This document shows, piece after piece, positions 1 to 8,514 of a stretch of 64,000 nt of DNA; the stretch's first letter is position 1; every line of letters begins with the position of its first letter. Below the pieces are notes generated by a model that was not told the DNA's origin, did no database searches, and worked only from the letters and a program-made list of their open reading frames with translations. Location: NCBI GenBank assembly GCA_902591275.1, contig CACJAC010000003.1:8428-72427 (forward strand). Reading direction: 5' to 3'. This DNA comes from an uncultured Prochlorococcus sp. GTDB lineage: Bacteria > Cyanobacteriota > Cyanobacteriia > PCC-6307 > Cyanobiaceae. The translations under genes and the position numbers were made by a program.

Positions 1-2
1 GT

Positions 3-314
3 ATTAGTAAAGCCTACCTGAATCTTAAATTAAACGAAGAGAAAATAATTTCTTCTCTTAAAGAAATTGAATCTAGCAATGAGTCTGTAAGACTTTCCAG
101 ACTTAGATACGATGTTGGAATATCAACTCTAAAAGATGTTCTTGTTAGGCAGAGTGAACTAAGCAACGCGAAATCAAAACATATTAATGCAATATATAAT
201 TACAATTTGAATATAGATGAATTAGAAAGATTAACTTTTCTTAGTATTAGTAAAAATTGTTTGGGTAGTAATAATACAAAATTTAAATACAAAGAGTCTA
301 TTTGCAATATATAA
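3..314 (+). CDS. TolC-family outer membrane efflux protein, C-terminal part (truncated by window start)
   Basis: Hand translation of the frame at position 3: ISKAYLNL...SVRLSRLRYDVGISTLKDVLVRQSELSNAK...IYNYNLNIDELERLT, stop TAA at 312-314; matches the OEP C-terminal pattern. Confidence 0.85.
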   Translation: MSKAYLNLKLNEEKIISSLKEIESSNESVRLSRLRYDVGISTLKDVLVRQSELSNAKSKHINAIYNYNLNIDELERLTFLSISKNCLGSNNTKFKYKESICNI

Positions 315-316
315 AA

Positions 317-1117
317 ATGAATCAATCAAATTTAACTAACAAGCAACTAAGTGATTTAGATTCTTTATTTGAATTAGTAAGTCGACGTCAAAAAAAAGAT
401 TTTGGAAATATTAACGCCAGCAATAAAGCAGATGGCTCGTTATTAACAAGTTGTGATTTATGGAGTGACAAAACAATCGTAGATGGCTTAGCTTCAATAG
501 CTCCAGGCGAGGGCGTTCTTAGTGAAGAAGGGCAAAAGTTAATTCCAGACTCAAAAGCTTATTGGGTAGTCGATCCACTCGATGGAACAACAAATTTTGC
601 TGCAGGTATTCCCTACTGGTCTATATCAGTCGCAAGGTTCGTTGATGGTAAACCACAATCTTCTTTTTTAATAATTCCTACATTGAAAAAAAAGTTTGTA
701 TCCATTAAAGGTAAAGGGGTTTGGTTAAATAAAAAGAAAATTTTTCCTAGCCAAAATAACCATCAAAGTGAATGCATTTCTTTGTGTAGTAGATCCATAA
801 AAATTTTACAAAAAAAACCAAACTCAGTTTTTCCAGGCAAAATCAGACTCTTAGGTGTATCGAGTTTGAATCTTACGAGTGTTGCGATGGGACAAACTTT
901 CGGAGCGATAGAATCAACCCCTAAGATATGGGATATTGCAGCAGCATGGCTGCTATTAGAAGAATTGAATTGTTCCATAGAGTGGTTAGAAACAGATCCT
1001 TTAAATTTAGTTTCAGGAGAAGACTTGAGCGATGTTAATTTTCCATTGATTGCTTGTAGATCTATAGAAAAAGTTGAAATTTTAAAGCCATGGGGCAATT
1101 TATTATTGGAAAAATAG
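317..1117 (+). CDS. Inositol monophosphatase family protein
   Basis: LSEE, WVVDPLDGTTNF and WDIAAA motifs; ATG at 317 preferred over the TTG at 302, which overlaps the upstream gene. Confidence 0.92.
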   Translation: MNQSNLTNKQLSDLDSLFELVSRRQKKDFGNINASNKADGSLLTSCDLWSDKTIVDGLASIAPGEGVLSEEGQKLIPDSKAYWVVDPLDGTTNFAAGIPYWSISVARFVDGKPQSSFLIIPTLKKKFVSIKGKGVWLNKKKIFPSQNNHQSECISLCSRSIKILQKKPNSVFPGKIRLLGVSSLNLTSVAMGQTFGAIESTPKIWDIAAAWLLLEELNCSIEWLETDPLNLVSGEDLSDVNFPLIACRSIEKVEILKPWGNLLLEK

Positions 1118-1208
1118 TTGCATGATAAATCAATAATTGCTTGAAAAATTTCTTAATCCGATACAATAAAAAATAAGTAAATAAATAAAATATTTGAAGA
1201 AAATTAAT

Positions 1209-2123
1209 ATGCGCCGAAGTTCAACATGGATACTTAAAAGTTTATGGGGGGCTTGTGAGCGATGGAGCAAATCTGATTGTGTTGATTTAAGTGCTGCATT
1301 TGCATACTACACTCTGCAATCATTTTTTCCTATTCTGCTAATTTCTCTTTCAATAGCCTCATGGTTCCTAGGAAAACAAGAAGGATTAGATCAACAAATA
1401 ATTGCTATTGCTGCTCAGCTTTTACCTCCTTCAGTAGTTGAGTTAGTAGAAACAACATTATTTAATTTAATAGATCAACGTTTTGGGGCAGGTGTCCTTG
1501 GAGCTATGTTTTTGCTTTTTACAGCAGGAAATGCATATCTATCTCTTCAAAGAGGTTCGGATAGGCTTTGGGAAGACGAAATTCCTTCTAAAAAAGTAAA
1601 TGCTGCTTGGAGAGTGCAAGCTTCAAGGTTTCTCAGAAATAGAGTTGAAGCCTTTTTAATAGTATTCTTTATTGGTTTTTTAATGGTACTAGATCAGATT
1701 AGTGCGAATTTTAGAATGATCCCAAGTAACGTTTTAGAAAATCTTTCAAAATCTAATAATCTTTTTTCTGATTTAGTATTAAAGTTACCACTTCTACAAG
1801 TTGGTCAGTTCGCAATACCATTAATCGGATTTTCTTTAATGGCTCTTTTATTACAAGCCCTCTTACCCAGTCGAAAAGTTCCTTTGAAACCACTTTTACC
1901 TGGATCTTTTCTTATTGGAATTGGGCTAACCACATTGAACCTAGCAGTAAGTAAAAGTATTCTCTCACTTGGAACAAGATTTCAAGCATATGGTTTTATT
2001 GGAGGTTTTCTTGTACTTACCTTGTGGGTATGGCTACTAGGAGTGATTTTGTATTTTGGACAGTGCTGGAGCGTAGTTATTGCTAGTATGACTTTATTAA
2101 ATAAAAAAAGAAATTATAAATAA
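1209..2123 (+). CDS. YihY/BrkB family inner membrane protein
   Basis: SAAFAYYTLQSFFP, multiple TM helices, YGFIGG...WVWLLGVILYFG; ATG at 1209 (TTG 1194 is an alternative). Confidence 0.88.
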   Translation: MRRSSTWILKSLWGACERWSKSDCVDLSAAFAYYTLQSFFPILLISLSIASWFLGKQEGLDQQIIAIAAQLLPPSVVELVETTLFNLIDQRFGAGVLGAMFLLFTAGNAYLSLQRGSDRLWEDEIPSKKVNAAWRVQASRFLRNRVEAFLIVFFIGFLMVLDQISANFRMIPSNVLENLSKSNNLFSDLVLKLPLLQVGQFAIPLIGFSLMALLLQALLPSRKVPLKPLLPGSFLIGIGLTTLNLAVSKSILSLGTRFQAYGFIGGFLVLTLWVWLLGVILYFGQCWSVVIASMTLLNKKRNYK

Positions 2124-2134
2124 TAACAACTAAG

Positions 2135-2461
2135 ATGAATTATTTTCTTAAAGCTAATAAAAATCTTCTTACTTCATTATTAATAATACTTATAGTAATT
2201 CCATTTTTTGGAATAAACTTTTTCATAAGCTTTCTCGGTAATATCCTACTCCTATTATTTTTAATTCCTCTATTATTGGTAATCTTAGTCTTTATAGGTT
2301 TTAACTATTACAAATCAAAAGTTAATACATGTAATAGTTGTGGTGCAATATCCTTAGGCTTAAGTGAAAACTGCATGAATTGCGGGGCAAATCTAGAAGT
2401 TATTATTGATAAAAAGCCTAGTGAAAGCACCATTGAAGTAAAAGCAGAAGAAGTAAATTAA
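2135..2461 (+). CDS. Conserved hypothetical membrane protein with C-terminal zinc ribbon
   Basis: Two hydrophobic helices followed by CNSC...CMNC. Confidence 0.75.
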   Translation: MNYFLKANKNLLTSLLIILIVIPFFGINFFISFLGNILLLLFLIPLLLVILVFIGFNYYKSKVNTCNSCGAISLGLSENCMNCGANLEVIIDKKPSESTIEVKAEEVN

Positions 2462-2465
2462 AATT

Positions 2466-2612
2466 CTAACCTATTCCAATTTGTCGAAGAATACTTTGTC
2501 CTGTAATTAATTCAGTACCTAGTCCAATCAAAATACCCATCATTGCCATACGGCCATTCCAAGTTTCTGCAAAATTTACGAAGCCAAATCTTGGTTGATT
2601 GTTATTATTCAT
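2466..2612 (-). CDS. hli: High-light inducible protein (Hli/SCP), 48 aa; not in the ORF track
   Basis: Hand translation MNNNNQPRFGFVNFAETWNGRMAMMGILIGLGTELITGQSILRQIGIG with the AExxNGRxAMxG chlorophyll-binding motif. Confidence 0.95.
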   Translation of the reverse strand: MNNNNQPRFGFVNFAETWNGRMAMMGILIGLGTELITGQSILRQIGIG

Positions 2613-2681
2613 AATTAACTGGAATATTTATCAAATCATTTTAACGTTTTAATAAAGAATTTATGATAAATAATAAATTAT

Positions 2682-3065
2682 TTATTTAACATGCCTCACA
2701 CCATCAACAGGTCTATACTCATCTCCAGTTAATTCCTCATATACAATGGCTGGCAATCCTGTATCAAACATTGTTTGCAATGCCTCTTTTAACATGGGGT
2801 TCCAGCCTCCAGTACTAACTTTTCCATGTCTTACAGTCCAGTCCCAAGTCCCTTGAAGATCCCTGGGTAGTCTACCTTCTCTATCTCTACGCGCGACTAA
2901 GTCTAAGGATTCAACTATACCAACAATGACTGGATTTTTACCGTAAGAAGGAGTAAGACTTAGTTCAAGTCTCACTGGATCTTCTTTAACCATTTTTAAA
3001 CGAAACCTTGGTGGCAACTTGAGAGACCTTAATACCGCTGAGACAATTTTTGTTCTTAATTCCAA
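2682..3065 (-). CDS. Conserved hypothetical picocyanobacterial protein
   Basis: 127-aa ORF with protein-like composition, co-oriented with its neighbours. Confidence 0.75.
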   Translation of the reverse strand: MELRTKIVSAVLRSLKLPPRFRLKMVKEDPVRLELSLTPSYGKNPVIVGIVESLDLVARRDREGRLPRDLQGTWDWTVRHGKVSTGGWNPMLKEALQTMFDTGLPAIVYEELTGDEYRPVDGVRHVK

Positions 3066-3089
3066 TTTTTTTCCTTAAATGTAATTTGA

Positions 3090-3353
3090 CTAATCAGTTG
3101 TTGAACCTTTTTCTTCTAATGGAGAGTCATTATCATTCGAAAATCTTACTGTTAATAGCTCCTCTTCTGTTATGTTTCCTGATTTATCTAAAAGTTCTGG
3201 ATGTATTGTGTACTTTTTTTGTTTAAAACTGGAAGTACTGAAATGTTTATTTTTATTATCTGATATACCCCAACCATTAGACATTACTTTGAAAGCTTTC
3301 CAAACTAAATAAGTTAAGGCTGCAGAATATATGATTGGAAAAAGAATAGTCAT
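3090..3353 (-). CDS. DUF2973-like small membrane protein
   Basis: N-terminal TM helix and the HPELLD.GNIT.EELL.VRF motif. Confidence 0.75.
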   Translation of the reverse strand: MTILFPIIYSAALTYLVWKAFKVMSNGWGISDNKNKHFSTSSFKQKKYTIHPELLDKSGNITEEELLTVRFSNDNDSPLEEKGSTTD

Positions 3354-3525
3354 CGAACTTATAAATTAATTATTTATATTTTTAATATCATAGCCCGAAA
3401 AAAAGAAATTTAGCTATTTTAAGTTATTAAATTATTCTCTATATTCAATTAATTTAATTAGTAGTTATATTTTAATTACACTATTCTGGTGAATTCAAAC
3501 TCTCGAAGAACATAAAAAATCAAAA

Positions 3526-4647
3526 TTGAAAATATACATCCAAAAGCTATTATTACTCGCCTCATTTATTACAGTAGGCATTACATGTCCTGCAACAGTA
3601 ATATCCCAACCATTAAGTAAACCAAAAATTAATGAATTTAATTTATATTCAAACAAATCTTTTGTAACTAAAGCTGTAGAAAGAACAGGTGCAGCTGTAG
3701 TGACAATTGATACTCAAAGATATGTAAAAAAAAGAAAATTTCCTAGAAATTCTCAACTATTTCTAGACCCATATTTTGAAAGATTTTTTGGGTTAGATTT
3801 ACCTAATGACAATCGGCCTAAGATAGAGCAAAGCCAAGGGAGTGGATTTATATTTGCAGATGGACTCATAATGACCAATGCTCATGTTGTGAATAGATCA
3901 GATAAGGTGATTGTTGGTTTAACCAATGGCAAAAAATTTGAAGCAAAACTAATAGGGCAAGACTTTTTTACTGATTTAGCAGTTCTAAAAATTGAAGGGA
4001 AAGGACCTTGGCCAAAAGCAAAATTGGGCAATTCGGCAAAGATTAAAGTTGGAGATTGGGCCATAGCAGTTGGAAATCCATTTGGACTGGAAAATACAGT
4101 GACCCTTGGTATTATTAGTAATCTAAATAGAAACGTTAATCAATTAGGAATATATGATAAAAAGCTTGAGTTGATACAAACAGACGCTGCTATTAATCCT
4201 GGAAATTCTGGAGGACCACTATTGAATAGCGAGGGAGAAGTAATTGGTATTAATACGTTGATAAGATCAGGTCCAGGAGCGGGTTTGAGTTTCGCAATCC
4301 CAATTAATAAAGCTAAGGAAATTGCCTATCAACTTATAAAAAATGGAAAAGTAATACATCCCATGATCGGGATTAGCCTAATAGAAGAAAAGAATTCTGA
4401 GAGAAAAAATAATTCCGTAAAAGTTGGATATGTAGTACCGAACAGCCCAGCTGAAAAGAGTGGAATCATGATAGAAGATACTATAGTTAAAGTCGGCAAT
4501 AAAAATATTGAAACAGCCTCAGACGTTATAGACCAAATAAGTAAAAACGGTATTAATAAACAAGTAAATATATTATTGAAGCGTAGAAATAAATTTATTC
4601 AATTAAAAGTAATACCAACTGATATAACTAATCTAGAAAAAAACTAA
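3526..4647 (+). CDS. htrA: HtrA/DegP-family serine protease with PDZ domain
   Basis: Signal peptide, TNAHVV, DLAVLK, TDAAINPGNSGGPL, C-terminal PDZ. Confidence 0.95.
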   Translation: MKIYIQKLLLLASFITVGITCPATVISQPLSKPKINEFNLYSNKSFVTKAVERTGAAVVTIDTQRYVKKRKFPRNSQLFLDPYFERFFGLDLPNDNRPKIEQSQGSGFIFADGLIMTNAHVVNRSDKVIVGLTNGKKFEAKLIGQDFFTDLAVLKIEGKGPWPKAKLGNSAKIKVGDWAIAVGNPFGLENTVTLGIISNLNRNVNQLGIYDKKLELIQTDAAINPGNSGGPLLNSEGEVIGINTLIRSGPGAGLSFAIPINKAKEIAYQLIKNGKVIHPMIGISLIEEKNSERKNNSVKVGYVVPNSPAEKSGIMIEDTIVKVGNKNIETASDVIDQISKNGINKQVNILLKRRNKFIQLKVIPTDITNLEKN

Positions 4648-4652
4648 AAGAT

Positions 4653-4796
4653 TTAATTGTCATTCTGTTTAAGTATTTCCACACACCTGGAAATACATCT
4701 ACCATCCCTTATATCACAGGTAGTAATGCATTCAAAATAACTTTCAATAGGATCAGAAATTTGCAAATGTTTTTCTTGGAAATCGTAATTTTTCAT
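4653..4796 (-). CDS. Small Cys-rich hypothetical protein, 47 aa (CX3C-X6-CX3C); not in the ORF track
   Basis: Hand translation MKNYDFQEKHLQISDPIESYFECITTCDIRDGRCISRCVEILKQNDN; fills the gap between htrA and the ABC-F gene. Confidence 0.7.
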   Translation of the reverse strand: MKNYDFQEKHLQISDPIESYFECITTCDIRDGRCISRCVEILKQNDN

Positions 4797-4907
4797 TTAA
4801 ATTATTAAAAACTATTTTTGTATTTTTTAGATTAATAAGGGAAGGTAAACTATGTAAAGATAAATGAGTGATCTTACTTAGCTAAATGTAAATTTTATTA
4901 AAAGTAA

Positions 4908-6536
4908 TCAAATTTTTTTATGACTTTGAGTTTTTTCTAAAAAATATTCGTAATTACCATCATATGAAAATAACTTTGAATCTTTAATTTCGATAATTCT
5001 ATTTGCAACCTTTGAGATGAAATACCGATCATGAGAAATGATTAATAATGAACCTTTATAATTTTTAATTGCTAATTCTAAGTTTTCCTTAGATTGCAGA
5101 TCCAAATGATTAGTTGGTTCATCCAAAAGAAGAAAATTACTAGGATTAATTATCATGAGTGCCAATGCTAATCTTGCCTTTTCTCCTCCACTGAGTTGTT
5201 TAATATATTTAAAAACAGTTTCATTTTGAAAGCCAAAACCCCCTAAAAATGTTCTAACTTTTTTTTGAGACCATTCTGGAGACTTATTGCATATTAAATC
5301 AATAACCCTTTCTTCAAGTGAAAGTGCTTCAGCCTGATTCTGTTCATAATAGCTAGTAATTATATTATGTTTACCAAGATTAATTTCTCCAATTTCAGGA
5401 GATAATTTTTTCATAATAATTTTAAGCAATGTAGATTTGCCGCAGCCATTGGGTCCCAATATTGCTATTTTCTCCCCAGAAGAAATCTTTAAATTAATAT
5501 CTAAAAAAAGAATTTTATCCTCGAAACTATGAGACAAATTTTTGATATTTAGAACTAATTTTCCTGAGCGAGGGCACTCTGGAAAATTAAAAACAGGACT
5601 TTTTGATTTTGCTATGGGAGCCTCAATTTTAGAAATCTTTTTTAATTGTTTTTCTCTACTCTTTGCTTGAGAACTTCTAGTTGCACTAGCTCTAAATCTA
5701 TCTATATACCTCTTCTGTAACTCAATTTCTTTTTGTTGTAATTGATATGCCTTATTTTGTGATTCTTCATTTAAAGATTTCTGTTCAACAAAAAAAGAAT
5801 AGTTCCCATTATATGTTTCAGATGTTCCTCTATCTACAAAAATTATTTTTTTACATAATTTATCTAAGAAATATCTATCATGGCTGATTATTATAACTGC
5901 AATCTTAAGCGATGATAGATATTCTTCCAACCAAAAAATAGTTTCTAAATCTAAATGATTAGTTGGTTCATCCAGTAAAAGTAAATCAGGTTTTTGTAAG
6001 ATTATTTTTCCAAGTGCAACTTTCATCTGCCAACCACCTGAGAAATTGCCAACTAATTTATCAGCATCTTCTTTAGAAAAGCCTAATTTTGGTAATATTT
6101 TTTCTACATCAGATTGCATTTTATAACCACCTAAAGCTTCAAATTTTGCTTGATATTTTGCGAGTTGATTTACAAATATTTCAAGTTCATCGGAATTTTT
6201 TTTTATATCCAATGATTTCATTTTATTCTCAATTTCTAAAAGTTTAACAGCAACAATTTGTATATCTTTAAAAGAACTTTCTAATTCCTGTCTCACTGAA
6301 AAATTCAAATTACAATCAAACTCCTGTTTTAAATGGGCAATTTTAGGATTTCCCTCTTTGATGATCGTTCCACTTGTTTGCTCTTCCTCTCCAATTAAAA
6401 TCTTAAACTGGGTTGATTTACCTGCACCATTAGAACCAACTAAACCAACTTTTTCGCCTTTCTTAATCTCCCAACTAATATTTTTTAAAACAACATCTGT
6501 AGAATAAATTTTGCTTACACCTTCAAATCTAATCAC
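4908..6536 (-). CDS. ABC-F family ATP-binding protein (tandem ATPase domains, no TM)
   Basis: Two Walker A motifs (GSNGAGKST, GPNGCGKST), two LDEPTNHLD, SHDRYF, interdomain linker. Confidence 0.95.
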   Translation of the reverse strand: MIRFEGVSKIYSTDVVLKNISWEIKKGEKVGLVGSNGAGKSTQFKILIGEEEQTSGTIIKEGNPKIAHLKQEFDCNLNFSVRQELESSFKDIQIVAVKLLEIENKMKSLDIKKNSDELEIFVNQLAKYQAKFEALGGYKMQSDVEKILPKLGFSKEDADKLVGNFSGGWQMKVALGKIILQKPDLLLLDEPTNHLDLETIFWLEEYLSSLKIAVIIISHDRYFLDKLCKKIIFVDRGTSETYNGNYSFFVEQKSLNEESQNKAYQLQQKEIELQKRYIDRFRASATRSSQAKSREKQLKKISKIEAPIAKSKSPVFNFPECPRSGKLVLNIKNLSHSFEDKILFLDINLKISSGEKIAILGPNGCGKSTLLKIIMKKLSPEIGEINLGKHNIITSYYEQNQAEALSLEERVIDLICNKSPEWSQKKVRTFLGGFGFQNETVFKYIKQLSGGEKARLALALMIINPSNFLLLDEPTNHLDLQSKENLELAIKNYKGSLLIISHDRYFISKVANRIIEIKDSKLFSYDGNYEYFLEKTQSHKKI

Positions 6537-6607
6537 TGTTTTAAAATAGAATTTACAAAATCTGTGGCTTATTTACTAAAAAATATTTTGTGGAATAAAA
6601 TTAAACC

Positions 6608-6784
6608 ATGAAAAGAATAGAACAAATTGTAGTGATTTTCATAGCTGCAGCTCTTGCAATTCCAAGTTATTGGTTTTTTTGGACTTTGGCTGGTGGAGGT
6701 GGTTATAACAAAAGGGTAAAACCTATTAGTAATCCAAATAATAATTATTCTAAACCTTTTACTAAAGACCTCCTCGAGCCTTGA
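6608..6784 (+). CDS. Small single-TM hypothetical protein, 58 aa; not in the ORF track
   Basis: Hand translation MKRIEQIVVIFIAAALAIPSYWFFWTLAGGGGYNKRVKP...DLLEP; convergent 23-bp overlap with the next gene. Confidence 0.65.
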   Translation: MKRIEQIVVIFIAAALAIPSYWFFWTLAGGGGYNKRVKPISNPNNNYSKPFTKDLLEP

Positions 6785-6992
6785 TTAACCACATTTTAGT
6801 TGCTTCATCATCAATAGTACTCAAATATTCAATAACCTCTTCTTTAGTCACAGAAATATTTAGCTCATCACCAATATCGCATATTTTATCTAAGGCTTTT
6901 TTGGGATTAGTTAAAGCTGTCATAAAAAGACTTTGTTTCTTTTTGGAATCGTTGGCTATTAACTTATAGAGCTTTTCAGCGTTACTGGACAT
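6762..6992 (-). CDS. Conserved hypothetical protein, Nif11-leader-like
   Basis: 76-aa helical protein, MS..AEKLYKLIAND...VTKEE..., ending ARGGL. Confidence 0.7.
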   Translation of the reverse strand: MSSNAEKLYKLIANDSKKKQSLFMTALTNPKKALDKICDIGDELNISVTKEEVIEYLSTIDDEATKMWLIKARGGL

Positions 6993-7026
6993 GTTTTTGA
7001 AATCTATTTATTAATAGATTATTACT

Positions 7027-7365
7027 TCAAGCTACATTTTGTTCATTATATTTATTATTAGATAAATCATTATCCACATCTTTTATCTCTTTTGCAGAGG
7101 CATCTGCCATACTTCTTGCGTCTAAACATAAAACTTTTCTTAGTTTCGCAAAGTTAGCTGCGTGAGATTTTCTACCATCTTTTTGAGCATAATATTCAGA
7201 CTGCTGAAGAATTTGGTGAAGATGAGTTAACAAATATGGGCTAATCACAGCTGATACCAAAACGTCACTATTTTCATTACCGTGAGAATCAGAATTAGCT
7301 AATCTTTTTTTCGGTTTATCAATTATCGACCTTTTTGGAGAATCAATTTTTCTTGAATTTTTCAT
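7027..7365 (-). CDS. Conserved hypothetical protein
   Basis: Open frame; ATG at 7365 preferred over the TTG at 7380. Confidence 0.75.
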   Translation of the reverse strand: MKNSRKIDSPKRSIIDKPKKRLANSDSHGNENSDVLVSAVISPYLLTHLHQILQQSEYYAQKDGRKSHAANFAKLRKVLCLDARSMADASAKEIKDVDNDLSNNKYNEQNVA

Positions 7366-7406
7366 GGGACAATAAAACAATTAATTGATAGGGACGTAAA
7401 TTTCCT

Positions 7407-7469
7407 TACTAATAATATACACAAAGATAGTATCCTTGACTAACTGTGTATACTAATAAGTAACAGTTA
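7407..7469. promoter_or_regulatory. Putative operator / divergent promoter between the hypothetical gene and the RHH gene
   Basis: Inverted repeat TATACACA (7416-7423) / TGTGTATA (7445-7452); direct repeat TACTAATAA (7407-7415, 7451-7459); TAACTG/CAGTTA inverted pair (7441-7446, 7464-7469); TATACT -10-like hexamer at 7449-7454. Confidence 0.5.
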
Positions 7470-7482
7470 TCAACTTTAACTC

Positions 7483-7785
7483 ATGGCTACCCGCCAAAAC
7501 TCAACTAATGGGAAGCCTAAATCCCCCAGAATTCAAGTAGTTCTTCCGGAATTAATATGTGAGCAATTAACTATTTTGGCGGATAATGAATCTAGGACAG
7601 TAAGTAATATGGCAAAAGTGTTAATACAAGAGGGTATAAAAAAATATTTAGAAAAAGAAAGTAAAGCGCCTGTTTCAGAAAATAATTTAAATACTGATAA
7701 ATTTAGAGATGAACTTGAAAAACAAAGCGTCAGAAGATTAAAAAGAGCTCCTCAAAGGATTAGATACTATAAAAAATCTGATTAA
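7483..7785 (+). CDS. Ribbon-helix-helix (CopG/MetJ-like) DNA-binding protein
   Basis: PRIQVVLPELICEQLTILADNESRTVSNMAKVLIQEGI gives beta-strand, helix, turn, S-N, helix. Confidence 0.8.
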   Translation: MATRQNSTNGKPKSPRIQVVLPELICEQLTILADNESRTVSNMAKVLIQEGIKKYLEKESKAPVSENNLNTDKFRDELEKQSVRRLKRAPQRIRYYKKSD

Positions 7786-7791
7786 AAATAA

Positions 7792-8496
7792 TTAATTTTG
7801 AGGCAATTTCTGTAAATCTACAGTTTTACCCATGACTACCAAAATATTTCCTCTTTCCAAAATATATTTTGCTGGAGGATTAACTGTTAACTCTTCAGCA
7901 GGTCCTGCAGCAAGAACATTTACTAAATAATTTTTCCTCAAATTTAAATCTCTTAAAGATCTTCCAATAAATTCCTCGGGAACAGTTATTTCATCTATAC
8001 CAGTTTGATTATCTAGTTCCAATCTTTCGATTAGATTTGGTCTGACTAATTCTAAACCTAATCTTTCTCCTTGCATCCTAGATGGGAAAACAACTTTATC
8101 TGCACCTACTCTTTTTAACATTTTTTCATGCAAGTCACTGGTAGCTCTTGCTATTACTCTTTTCACTTTGCTACCTTCACTATCCTTAGCAATAAGAGTT
8201 GTAGTTATACTTGCTTCAATAGGTTCACTGATACCCACTACAACAGTATTCATTTCCAGAATTCCCGATTCCTTCATAGACTCTTCATCAGTACAATCTA
8301 CAACTCTCGCTTCTATCGAAGGTTCTAATTGCCTTAAATCATCAATAGCTTTTTCCGAATAATCTGCAGCCAAAACATCAGCACCATTACTAATAAGTTC
8401 TCTGCAAACTGCGGTTCCAAATCTTCCAACGCCGACAACTGCAAAAGTGAGTACTTCATTTTCTCTCTTTTGAGACCACTGCCACCAATCAGCCAT
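7792..8496 (-). CDS. ktrA: Ktr/Trk K+ uptake NAD-binding (RCK) subunit
   Basis: GVGRFG Rossmann motif, RCK_N plus RCK_C, VGADKVVFP. Confidence 0.93.
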   Translation of the reverse strand: MADWWQWSQKRENEVLTFAVVGVGRFGTAVCRELISNGADVLAADYSEKAIDDLRQLEPSIEARVVDCTDEESMKESGILEMNTVVVGISEPIEASITTTLIAKDSEGSKVKRVIARATSDLHEKMLKRVGADKVVFPSRMQGERLGLELVRPNLIERLELDNQTGIDEITVPEEFIGRSLRDLNLRKNYLVNVLAAGPAEELTVNPPAKYILERGNILVVMGKTVDLQKLPQN

Positions 8497-8514
8497 AATA
8501 AAACTCAGTTCACT

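Noticed and set aside
7430-7443. NtcA site (GTA-N8-TAC)
   Set aside because: The sequence is GTA-N8-TAA; one mismatch in AT-rich DNA is not enough support
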